Shown: one piece after another, positions 49,268-60,089 of the stretch
Position numbering within the stretch: position 1 is the stretch's first letter
Layout of the letters: each line of letters opens with the position of its first letter
Source: Amoebophrya sp. A120
Taxonomy: Eukaryota; Protista; Dinoflagellata
Reading direction: 5' to 3'
Length of the DNA stretch: 64,000 bases
Assembly (NCBI GenBank): GCA_905178155.1
Contig: CAJINV010000009.1
Span: 2,333,373 to 2,397,372 of the forward strand
Notes under the pieces: generated by a model
Database searches by the model: none
Seen by the model: the letters and a program-made list of their open reading frames with translations, nothing else
Told to the model about the DNA's origin: nothing
Made by a program: the position numbers and the translations under genes

Positions 49268-49677
49268 CGGACCAAACCTGGTCCATACCATCGGCGGAGG
49301 CAGTTGCTTACTATCCAGTTGGTAATCTGCTGCCAAAAATCCAAAAAAAATCCGAAGGCAGTCGCACTCGAGGTGTCGCACACAAAAATACGATTTGTTT
49401 TGTGTTGCGTCCCGAGCAAAATAGTAATTACTATTGAATAGTAACCAACTGCCTCCGCCCATGGTATGGACCAGGTTTGGTCCGTCTTCGTTACTATTGA
49501 ATAGTAACTCCTGCGCACTTTTGGCGCACACTTGGGCGCACTTTTGGCACACAGAAAATCGACTTTGGTGCGCCTCCGAATCTCTTGAAAATGCAAGCGC
49601 TCGGATTTTTGGCAGCAGATTACCAACTGGATAGTAAGCAACTGCCTCCGCCGATGGTATGGACCAGGTTTGGTCCG
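49268..49677. repeat. Perfect 75-bp inverted repeat (49268-49342 and 49603-49677) with a third partial copy at about 49448-49484
   Basis: CGGACCAAACCTGGTCCATACCATCGGCGGAGGCAGTTGCTTACTATCCAGTTGGTAATCTGCTGCCAAAAATCC and its reverse complement. Confidence 0.9.
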
Positions 49678-51264
49678 TTCTCCGTAGCAATGAAGCAGAA
49701 AAGCGATTTTCCGCCTCGGTTTTCGATTTCGAGGACTTGCTGATGTCCCGATCTCGATTTTCGATTTCGGAAAATTCCGGATTTTTCGCAAACTCCGGAT
49801 TTTTTAGAATTTCCGGAATTTCCGGAACCCGGAAAATCGATTTTTCGGCAGTCCCGGAAAGTCCAACGCGCGGACTTCCGGAACACTTGAACCTCTGGAT
49901 TTTCAGGAAGTTGGAAAATCGATTTTGCCAAGCAGCCGGACTGCCACCTACCTTGCCCACATAGCAGGCCCACCACCTCTTGTGCCCGCGCCACCACTCA
50001 CGCAGACACCGCACAAGGAGCGGGCCAGCAAAATCGATTTTGCGCGCCTCGGGTGATTGAACCCACAGACAATTCTGCGAGCCTGAAGTGACTAAAGTCC
50101 CCGACTCTGCGCCCCAAGCGCCCAGCGGCTGTCGAGGACTGAGCCGCGGCACCCACCGAGGGCTGCCTTGTTCACAAAATCGATTTTGCGACCCCCGCGC
50201 CAGCCGAGAGCCTGTTCCTGGCGCCTCTACGGAGCTCAGAACACGCAGACGGGGCCCATGCCACTCCCGCGGCTTTTCAGAACTAGGGCCCGGATGTAAA
50301 TCCACAATCTCGGGAATTCTCATTGGTTTTTACGCTGGGCCAACACGGTGAATGCGCGGAACTTCATCGGGGCGCAAGTTCTGGAATTCGCGATCATCCC
50401 TGAGCCTGTAGCGTGCGACCGAAACATCGATCCAAGGCGGGCAGAGGCCCGTCCTCTGCGACTTCGCCCCACGCAATCAATTTTGCAGCTTTTGCCGGAT
50501 TTTCCGGCATTTGTGTTGGTAAAATCGATTTGCGACCACGCGCGGATTGTGTGGCCCCGCCCGAGGATAGGGCATCTTTGAGAAGCGTACCGGAAGGGTG
50601 CGCACAAAATCGAATCTGTCCGCGAGTACTCACAAAAGCGATTTTGTGAGCACCGCCCGCCGGGCGGAATATGACAACCCGGCGTCCCCAACCCGGCTGC
50701 GGGAATCTTTCTGACAGCCCGGATGCTCCAGGGTGGGGCCTAACGCCTGAGGACACCGGCAAAAACTGCCGCGAGACCGAGTTGGCGCATTCTCGAGCTT
50801 CGAGAACGCGGGCAACCGACTTCGTTTCGCGCTACTTTGCTTCGCTTGTGGACGTTAGCAGCCGCAGCACAAAGTCGATTTTTTGCGGCGTGCCTGGATT
50901 TTTTGCGGATTTTTTTCCGATTTTCTTAACATTTTTGAAGTCGGTCCAAATCAGTACTAATAAATAGCCAGGCTTACTGCGACATTTTTTGTGCGACATT
51001 TTTTGCACTTCTGCTTTCTTTCACGGCTAACTCGGGTCGCTCAGGCTCACCCATAATTTTTATAGGGCGTCATGGTCTTTATTCTCACTGAACTGTTCCT
51101 CTTAGTGTACTTTTTTTCGGCTGCTTGTGCATCGCCTTCCCCACATCATCGAAGTAAAATTTCACCGGCACCTCCTTCCCTTGTTTTTTTTCGCTTTTTC
51201 AAGAAGCCTGCTGCTGATCTTTGTTTACTCTCCCCATTTCCGCAATTCGTGCTCAACACCTGCT

Positions 51265-53666
51265 TTAGGACGAAGCAGCATGGCCGCCCCCGGTCTCGGT
51301 GGACGACGATTTCGCCGGCTTGGGCACGCCGGCCGGAGAGGCACTCGACGACGCGGCAGTCTGGATGGTGGACACCACCGCCTTTTCGCTCTCCCCCGTG
51401 GCAGCTGGTTCTGGCTTCTTCTCCCCCTCGTCTGCCTTCGCAGCCTCCGTTTCCTTGCCACTATCCACCACATGCGAGGCGGGGACCACCGGCAACTGCA
51501 CGTCCTCCTTCTTTACGGCAGTCTGCTCCGGGGTTTTCTTTTTCTTGTACATGCCGATTTCCGTGGTGGCCCACGGCTTCAAGTAGCCGCCCGCGTCTTC
51601 CGCCTTCTCGAGCAGGTCTTTTACCTCCTCCTCCGATTCCGTACCCACGGTGGCCGCCGCGTCCTCCTGCAGCGCCGCATAGGCCGCGTCACTTGGGTAA
51701 TCGTCCTCGGTCATTCCCTCCTCCAACAGGAGCGGCGTGCCGGTGGCGTTACCCGACGCGTTACCCGCGGGTGCCGCCGTGGTGGGAGCGGCCGTGGCAG
51801 CCGCCGTCGTGGCGGCGGCTGTTGCGGCGGCCGTCGTTGGGGCGGCGGTGGTCGCGATTGTGGTCGTGGTGACGGTCGTGGTGGTGGTCGTTGTAGTGGT
51901 AGTAGTCGTGGTAGTGGTGGTTGTGGTGGTGGTCGTAGTAGTTGTGGAGGTGGTGGTCGAAGTAGTTGTGGTGGTCGAAGAGCCGCTGGCAGCCGCCAAG
52001 ATCGGACTCTGGGTCACACAGTCGGGATCGTTGCACACCTGGCATGTTGTAGTTGTGGACGAGAGCTTCCAGGCAACAAAGCTGTCGGCAGGGGATCCGG
52101 CCGTTCCCGCTCATTGCACCAAAAATTTCATATTACATTCATCCCTAGAGAGCAATGGACTCCTTTGTACTTCTTTTTTAGATCGTGTTGTATGCACAAG
52201 AAGAGAAAGAGTTTTACATGATGGCTAAACATCATTTTTTCATCTTCTACAGAAACAATCAAGCTTACGCCGTCTGGTTGGTTGTTTGCCTGCATGTTCA
52301 TAGCCGAGGTGACGTTGTTGACGATTTGCTGTGTGATAGCGGCGGGGTCCACCGTGGTTGCCGGAGGTGGTGCGTCGGTAGTTGCGGGCGGTGCGGCGGT
52401 GTATCAAATGTAAAAATGTCTGGCTCTGGAAGAATTCATGTTTGTCATGCTTGTCTGGCATGACTCTTAAATCTGTCATGCCCGTTACCCAAGAGCTCCG
52501 TTTTTCTGTGATGCAGTAGTAGTAGTAGTAGTAACCATTTGACTCCTGGCGGGTTGGCGTTAGAACAGATTTAGCCTCTGCCAATACCTGGGCGTTAGAA
52601 CAGATTTAGCCTCTGCCAATACCCCTAGGTGGATACCCGATCCACTTCCTAACTATCACCCGACCGCAACCGCAGAACCGCTATCGATTTCTTACGCGCA
52701 TGTGCGGTCAGTGGGCGCTATGTGTGGCAGAACCCCCTTACCATCCAAGCCCGCGAGCAAGGTGGAAATTCGGTGTGGCCTTGACGGGTTAGTCTTACAA
52801 ACTTGCTCGCGAGCTTACTTCTGTGGCCGGTTGTGCGCTAGTACGTAAACAGCGGGTCTATCGATCACGCCCGATGATCCTAACACGATGACGGGCAACC
52901 CCGAAGCGTACCCCTTTCAAGCACTTCAGCCGACCTTAGTCCGCGCACCTTTTTCGTGCGTTTGTCATGCAGAATAGAAGAAGTGCAGTTTGTCATGCAG
53001 AAGCGCGTCACTTTTTCGATGCAGAAGTGCAGTTTGTCATGCAGAATAGGAAACACCTAGGAGCTCAGAAACTTGTCATGCTGAGCCAGCATTTGTAGCC
53101 TCATCATGAGACGCCACCCAGCATCACAAGTTTCCAGACCCAGACATTTTTACATTTGATACGGTGGTGGTGTTGGCCATTTTCGCAATGGTGAGAATCT
53201 CGGTAATGGTGGCGGAAACCTTTTCGGCGATGGCCTCCGGTGGCCCGCTGTAACTCGCAATGTCCTGCAGTTTGTCCACCACGGCCATGCGCGTCATATC
53301 GTCCATGTTTCCAAACGCACCGGCCTGCACGGCGGCGGCAGCCGCCCCCGCGATGGTCTTCATCGTGGATGCCATGGACTGGGCCACCGCGTTCTGGGTC
53401 GCATTCGGATTGCTCGAGGCGGCAATGCCCTTGGCAATCTCCGATCCCAACCAGTCCTGCACAATCTCGAGGTCTGACTTACCGGCGTACGGATCCGGAA
53501 ACCCTTGCGAACTCCCGGTCACGGCCAGAGGATCCTAGTAGTATTTATGCCATGCATGGGTTGTCCAGCAGAAAAACATCAAGAAAAGCACCATCGTCGA
53601 GGTGACAGAATCGTTTATGACTGCGAGCAGGACTAAGCAGTACAAACAAGAAAGCAAGAGCGACAT
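51265..53666 (-). CDS. Secreted mucin-like Thr-rich protein, multi-exon
   Basis: Signal-like start MSLLLSCLYCLVLLAV. Removing 52402-53161 plus one TSD gives ANTTT-AAPPATTDAPP in frame. The last exon has a short Cys motif and a poly-Thr tract at about 51860-51980. Confidence 0.7.
52402..53161. mobile_element. Introner/MITE family B enlarged to 760 bp by a nested insertion
   Basis: tatcaaatgtaaaaatgtctggctctggaa ... ttccagacccagacatttttacatttgata. TSD CGGTG at 52397-52401 and 53162-53166. Both arms align by eye with 8923-9180. Confidence 0.92.
52517..52960 (-). mobile_element. Nested insertion of about 440 bp with a (TAC)n tail; possible 3' fragment of a non-LTR retroelement or SINE
   Basis: Absent from the sister copy at 8923-9180. 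(TAG)5 tract at 52517-52533, a 33-bp direct repeat at 52556-52588/52591-52623 and a 15-bp stem at 52747-52761/52802-52816. Confidence 0.55.
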
Positions 53667-54015
53667 ATTTCGCTAGTTCTTGTGAAGCTCCTCCTGTCAT
53701 CTCTATACCTGTTTAGTCGCCTTGCGCTTGGTATTCATCAGACTACTGTGGGTCTTTTTGCCTTGCGAGACAGCCTTTTGTGCGAGCTGATGCAGAGTAA
53801 GCAAGTGGAAGTTGGCCTTTGTCGTTTCGTCTGCATCCTTCTGTAGAGTTTTTGTAGTTTTGCTACCTTCTTACGTATGTAATCTCGTTCCTGATTTCAC
53901 TTGGGAAAACAAAAACTGAAGACGATAAAATTGCGAAGAGCGAGCGGTGAGGAGCCGAATAAATTCTTGCGGGCCACGATGATTTCAAAAAGCATCAAGA
54001 CAAAGCAGAGGAGAA

Positions 54016-54804
54016 TCACATCAGACAATCTTCTACCGGTGGTGGCCCTGCTGCCTGCAGCTCGATCGTCGCCTGTGACTCGAGCAACGAGAGATCATGG
54101 TCGTTGAGGTCGAGGTATGCATTGCAAATATGTCTGTGTCTGGAAGGATGTGAACTTGTGATGCGCATTTCACAACACACACAAATCTCTCATGCATAGG
54201 CAGTAAAAGGTGCCCACTTCCTGTCACTAAAAAGAGGGATTTGTAATGCGAGTTGGGCATTGCGGATGGTTCTCGATATCTGTGATGCTAGGGCTTCCAC
54301 GACAGACCTTTTGCGTCATGCAAAAACAGCATGACAAAAATCTGCACTCTTCCAGACCCAGACATATTTGCATTTGATACGAGGGCATCAAGCTGTGAAG
54401 ACGCAGCGTTATCGGACGACTCCGCTGGTTGTTGAGCCCCTGGCGTCAGCAGGAATGCTGTCGTGTATTTATTGTGTGTTTTTTCGACATCTGTCACGTT
54501 TTCTAGCTACGACCTCTTTGAGTAGTTATTTATGCCCGTCTTTCATTAATTTTGTTCTCGCTTGCGCTTTCTATCAATCTTCGTAGGCAGTGGTCGTATC
54601 CTCGGTGGTTTCTTTATGCGTCATGGAAACCTCCAGATGAAAACCGTTTAATATCTCTATGTGAATCAAGAAAACTAGGATGGTAGTTGCTGTACATGTT
54701 TCTATTGACTCCTTTCCATTGTCGATTCGGAGAGCTTCGGCTGTGTGTGCGGAGGACAGCGAGCAACCGAGCAGCACCCGCCTGAGCATTACTGCTTGCG
54801 GCAT
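54016..54804 (-). CDS. Small putative secreted protein interrupted by an introner
   Basis: Signal-like start MPQAVMLRRVLLGCSL. Removing 54116-54379 plus one TSD gives SSQLDAL-DLNDHDLSLLESQATIELQ...CLM*. The 5' exon junctions are unresolved. Confidence 0.5.
54116..54379. mobile_element. Introner/MITE family B, 264 bp
   Basis: tatgcattgcaaatatgtctgtgtctggaag ... cttccagacccagacatatttgcatttgata. TSD CGAGG at 54111-54115 and 54380-54384. Confidence 0.92.
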
Positions 54805-55743
54805 AGCGGTTGATGTGTAGTCGTACTCGAGGAAAGTCTGTGTGCAGTTCCGTAATCGGTGCGCGGGCCCGGGCACCGAGGGAGTGTCGATCCGCCTCCC
54901 TATCTATAGGTGGTTATTCGTACTATCGCAGTTTTGTCTTGAAAAGCCAACGGATAGCCCCTCTCTCCCGATGCTTTCCCTACCTCTAGAATGTTTCGTT
55001 TGGAAAAAATGCTATCAAAAAGGATGGACAAAAAATTCAGCCTCTGCTCATCCGACGACGGGGGTTGCAGTTGCATTCGTTCTCGTTGTAAATGCTTGAT
55101 AAATGAACTGTATAGATTGATCAGATCACATATTTTCCATGTCGCATGTGAGTGTGACGAGAGCAGCATAGCATACGTGATAGAGATATCTTAAAAAGTG
55201 GGAAAGAGAAACACAACAAACAGCGACAACAACACAGACGAAGAATATTTGTAAGAAAACGAGACCAGTGAAGACTGAAAACTGGTGTTCTACTGATATT
55301 TTTGCATAGACAACAATGTAGTTGGCGTCGGGTGCCTTTCTAATCGTCTGATGCAAATGCTCCAGATCTAAGTCTCTCATCGTTCATCTCGTCTCACAAC
55401 TCGACACACACTGGTCATGGAAGATGAAGGTTTGTTGCTTTGTAAATTTCTGCACCTGTCGCTATCACTATGACGAGTAATTTGTTGACGCTTTTAGTGT
55501 AGATAATTTGCATTTTTCTGATGAGTCAATCTCACTACGGGTGAACAACATTCAAGCGAGCGAGCGCAACCTGATTTGAAGCTTCTACTGACTTTGCCTT
55601 TGGGTGCCTCTTGGATCCAACCCAAATTTCAACTTTATACTCTATGAATGCTTAAAATATAATTTGCCCCCCCATAAACCATGTAATATTTACTAGAAAA
55701 CGGTTTCTACTCGATCTCGTTTCACCTTGCATTTGATCTTGAC

Positions 55744-56049
55744 ACACCGAGCATTTGAGTATGTGATAGTGGTTTGAAGTTGCATGATCCGAGCTTTGCA
55801 ATTGACCACACCGAGCTTTGCAATTGACTACACCGAGCTTCAACCAAAATCAAAAAGACAACGATTTGCCTTCAAGTAGAAACCGATTTGCCTTCAAGTA
55901 GAAACCGAATTACCTTGCAGAAAAACCGAATTACCTTCCAGAAAGCCGAGACTCGCCTTCAAGAAAACCACAACTTATTCGCGCAGTCAGCTTCACCGGG
56001 CTAACTGCGCGAATAGTTGTGGTTTATTACAGAACCACAACTATTCGCG
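55744..56049. repeat. Two adjacent iteron-like arrays of about 21-22 bp followed by a hairpin with 25-bp arms
   Basis: (ACA)CCGAGCTTTGCAATTGAC about 3-4 times; CGATTTGCCTTCAAGTAGAAAC twice plus about 3 variants; inverted arms AACCACAAC(T)TATTCGCGCAGT at 55966-56024, with a third arm copy at 56033-56049. Confidence 0.8.
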
Positions 56050-57217
56050 AACATCCACTATTGGCCATGAACAACGACATACAATAACGGCGAATGCGAC
56101 CGCGGATCGATCTGCGGCACTACTGTTGGAGAACAACATTATTCCATTTGTTTCCTCCTCCCTTCTACGTGTTCAATGTCAGCTGCTTCAACTTTGGTTC
56201 GAAAAAGTTTTTCGTAGTGCATGCTGCCGACCACGAGAAAAACAAATGCTCAGTGATGATGCTAAGTTCGCCTAACTTTCACATCATGTTTTTATCATGC
56301 GTCAATCTGAAATGCAGAGAGACACATGATCAACCGAAGGTGCATAACGTCCAACCTTTCTATATGTTCCTCCGCGGAGATGGAGTTCATCGTAGATGTG
56401 CAATGGACATGGAGTTCATCGTGTCTAGGAAACAATAGAAAGGTAAACCGATGGAGATGGTTTGGGACGGAGAGAAAAGAATGTTCCATACAAACACTGG
56501 CAGCGCCCAGCATACCAGTGTGAAGAGATAATATCACGATGCCCCTAAGTGCGGGGCGGACAGGTGAGTTGGGAAGCCTCTTCCCTTACAAAGAAAAATT
56601 ATTTTTTTTCAAATACGAGCTCGAAGTAGCAGTAAAAAATCAAGTAGCTACGAGAGTACGGATGTACTTTCGTAACTACCTGATACAAACAGAGATGGAC
56701 GAATAGATACGTCACAAAGTAAGACCTTGCATTTTCATAATGTAAAAATAAAATTATTTGTGTGGGAGGTGGGGCACAGATGTTGTCAAGATCGCACACC
56801 TCCCGAAAAGCAGCTGTAGGCGATGGCGATGGTGTTACATCACTCATCTATCAATTTCTATAGAAATATTTTAATTTCTAAATTCAAATTTTTTGTGAAG
56901 TCGACAGTAAAAAGCCCAGTCTCCAACACCCTGGAGATCTGGGTAAAATTGAAAGTGTTGACAACGAAAGTGATCCGCGAAGGATCACTTCCGACGTCAA
57001 ATAAAACGATGTTTTTTTTCTAAAACAAAAAATTAAAACTCTAATTTTGTAGTGCGAAACGACATCTGTGATTCCAAATTCCACTGATTGCACGGGAGCG
57101 CTATCAGTCGGAAAAATACCTCACAGTACAACCATAGAGCCCATGCTAGTTGATCAAGATCAAATATATGCAAGGACTGCGACAGCTATCGAAGAAAGAT
57201 TTTTTTTCAAATCACAT

Positions 57218-57928
57218 CTACTCCTCGTTCTCCTCGACCATCCAGAACTCATCCAAGGTGTTGCACCGGCTGCGCTTCGCGGGTTCCTCCACGACCTCAA
57301 AATCCTCCGTGGCAGCGCGCGGACGCAACGCTCCCGTGCGGGAGACCAACGGGTTGTTCACGAAGTCGACCACCGGGGGGACGTACGACGACGAAGCGGA
57401 GCTGCTGCTGCTCGCAGCGCGGGTAGAACCCGCCTTACCCTTCTTCTTGTCATTCGCGTCTTCGGCCTCGGAGGAGGTGAGCAGGTTCTTCTCCGGGTAC
57501 ATGGAGGTGAACGGGTTCTGTCCGATGTACTCGTCCATCGCGTTGATACCTTCGGCCACGGCCTTGCCGGCTTTGGCGGTAACCTTCTTCTCCTTCTTGG
57601 TCGGGTCTTCCTTGATCTCGGTCGGAAACCAGGTGGTGAAGGTGACGCCGCGGATCGTGAACGACTCCTTCGAGAAGCGGATCTGCTGGGCCGACTTGTT
57701 CGGCTTGAAGTCCATGGCGATCTCACGGGCAAACGCCGTCGCGTACTTGTGGGCCATCGGGGAGGTTTTCGAACGAAGTTCGATCGTCACCGGAATCTTG
57801 ATCGGAATCACCAACATTTTTTTCAAAACAGTGGCTTCCGCGATCCACGGCTCCCCGGACTTGAGGCTGGCGGCCGGAATGGAGGTGTTGTAGTAGTCGC
57901 GGTTCAAGTCCAAGCAGTCCGCCGGCAT
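57218..57928 (-). CDS. Intronless hypothetical protein, 236 aa
   Basis: ATG-to-stop ORF with strong GC3 bias between AT-rich flanks; no family recognised. Confidence 0.7.
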   Translation of the reverse strand: MPADCLDLNRDYYNTSIPAASLKSGEPWIAEATVLKKMLVIPIKIPVTIELRSKTSPMAHKYATAFAREIAMDFKPNKSAQQIRFSKESFTIRGVTFTTWFPTEIKEDPTKKEKKVTAKAGKAVAEGINAMDEYIGQNPFTSMYPEKNLLTSSEAEDANDKKKGKAGSTRAASSSSSASSSYVPPVVDFVNNPLVSRTGALRPRAATEDFEVVEEPAKRSRCNTLDEFWMVEENEE

Positions 57929-58279
57929 CTGTGGTTTTTAGTTTGTATGTGTGTGAAAATGATCGAAAAGAAGCCCTTGAAATGATAGTAGATAGATGTA
58001 GTTTCTTGCTGTTGTTTGGGGTAGCGACTTAGACTCAGCACCACGACACAACAGGCGAAGGGCGAAATAGTGGTAGTGCGAAGCGGTCCCATATAAACTG
58101 TTTCACTGGCATTTAAAATAGAGTCTGAGCCAAGATTGTCTTTAGTCAGTGCGAGCACAGCTTCGCAGCCGTAACGCACTGACTCTGAAAAGCGGGCCGC
58201 ATCATGGTAACGCTATAAAGCAACACTCTTTTGTGCATGAACAAGCTGCACTTCGCCCTGAAAGTGCTGAGTAAGAAAA

Positions 58280-60089
58280 CTATTGAGCCTTGAATTCGTG
58301 GAAGAGAGGCGGAAGACCCCATCTTCGGATTTCGACTGGCATCCACCTTACGAACAACCATTCACGAAATTCTGGCGGAGCAAGATCAAGACTCCAAACA
58401 AATTCAGGATGTACGTCCAGCTGGGTGATCTTCTGGAACAGGACCAAGGCGAACCAGCGGCCACTCTCCGCACCCTTCAACGCGTCCTGCAGGACCTTGA
58501 GGTTGTCGCTGTAGCGGTCTTCGATCTTCATCATCGCCTTGACATGGTTCTCCTTCATCTCGACGATCTGGCGGCTGGCCTCCGCGGTCTCATTGATGCT
58601 GATCTGTAGTGCAATTTTGCGGACTGCAATTGATCTGGAACATGAGTTTGAACTTGAAAAAAAATGCTGGCATTGATGCATAATAATAATGCAGCGCTGC
58701 AATACGAACTCATGCGCATGGTACTAAAATATATGAGTGCATAAAAATTTGCTACTGCGTGGTACTAAAGTATCTGACTGCATGGCGCCAAAGTATATGA
58801 CTGCAGTGTCGATGTTGAAGTTGTAGTTGACCTTTAAACTGAAGGAGTAGATGGTGTTGATATGTAGCAATAATACCTTGGCTTTCTTGCGCTCCTTCGC
58901 GGCCGCCTCGATGGACTTCGACAGCGCGTGTCCTTCCTCCTTCTGCTGGCGATTCAGGGCGGCTTTTTCTTCCTTGTAGCGGGTGGTGAGTTCTTTCATC
59001 GAGTCCTTCAAAGCTTTGACTTCCGGGCTGCTGGTCTTCCCTTTGATCTGGGCGCACTGACCGTCGAGCTTTCCGATCTTCGGATCCTTCTTATCCACAT
59101 CAATCTTCACCTGGGTTCCCTCGCCGAACGCCGGCAAAGAGGTATCAAACACGTCGGCAAACCGCACCACAATAGTCCCCGGCATCTCCCCGCAGATGAA
59201 GACGATGGTGAACTTGAACTGGCTCTCCAACTCTTTCAACACCGCGTTCTCTTCCTTCAGCTCCTTGCTGCGGGCACCGAAGCTCCAGTCGACGTTGCAG
59301 ATCAAAAACGCTTCAGCGGGGGTCTTGGCGCACACGTAGTCACCGACCTTGGCGCCCTTGGTCTGTGATATACGTTTACGTTTAGATTGCAGCGCCAGTT
59401 GTCGTTGATACTAAAACGACAGCTACATCAACATCAACATCATCATCAACATCTTCAAGCGGAATGGCGGGCGACATTCGTTTCACTCTTGGACGCGCAC
59501 GCGCGATCATCTTTATCTTTGAGTTTGACTTTGACGTCGACATTGATAAAGATGATAGTGCGAAACCGAAAACGAATTACATGATCTATGGCCGTGTCGC
59601 CTTTCGCTTCCGCTTGAAGTTGAAGCATTGCCCCATTGTTATTGTAAAAAAGAAATGTAGATAATGATAAAGATAATGATAAAGATATACCTCCCAGGTG
59701 ACAGCACCGCGATCGATCATCATGTCTTCGCCATCATCGGAGGAGCTCGACTCCGGGTCGTCCTGGGCCGCGGGCGCCTTGATCGCCAGCTGGGTCTTTT
59801 TCTTCTTTTCATCCTTTTCCTTATCTTCCTTCTTCTTCTTCGCAGGCTTAGAGGCGTTGCGGATCACTTCGCTGATGAGGTAGGCCAAAAATCTGTTCTT
59901 GTCCGAATCCGCAGGCTCCGAGCGGATATAATTATCGCGGACTAACGATTTTACCTCACGCATTTGTTGCAAACTCATTCCCACTCCTCCTTTGCCGAGC
60001 AACGTATGAAAGATCGTTGCCAGGGTCAAGCAACGATGCGACGGCTTCGCGTACTTCAAACCCAAGTTGAACAGGCGGGTCCTGTTCAT
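58280..60089 (-). CDS. Lys-rich coiled-coil hypothetical protein, three exons, about 402 aa
   Basis: Exons 60089-59691, 59362-58877 and 58603-58280 are each a multiple of three and bounded by GT-AG (GAG|GTATAT..ACAG|ACC; AAG|GTATTA..ACAG|ATC). The first junction is the least certain. Confidence 0.6.

Larger units (their letters stand above)
47885..50960. mobile_element. Non-coding foldback-type TIR element of about 3.08 kb with a 6-bp TSD
   Basis: Imperfect TIRs of about 55 bp: TTGGTAGTGATTTGGACCAACTT..AAGAAAATCGAAAAAAAATCCG versus the reverse complement of the right end, TTAGTACTGATTTGGACCGACTT..AAGAAAATCGGAAAAAAATCCG. TSD TAAATA at 47879-47884 and 50961-50966. Confidence 0.75.

Noticed and set aside
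47619-50967. Many overlapping ORFs with repeated peptides (CTKSILH, AQNRFC)
   Set aside because: Artefacts of a stop-free 21-bp repeat and GC-rich DNA, open in most frames on both strands.
52531-52549. GTAACCATTTGACTCCTGG resembles the dinoflagellate spliced leader (CCGTAGCCATTTTGGCTCAAG)
   Set aside because: Several mismatches and a gap in a short stretch, no AG end, and the wrong strand for the host gene; not supportable.
52870-52910. Hammerhead-ribozyme-like CGATGA-CGGGCAACCCC-GAAG
   Set aside because: The core deviates from CUGAUGA/GAAA and I could not build stems I and III; it needs an Infernal search.
19153-57985. Long plus-strand ORFs such as 19153-19992, 32155-33201, 51127-52221 and 57068-57985
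   Set aside because: Antisense shadows of GC3-rich minus-strand genes, with no recognisable protein features.
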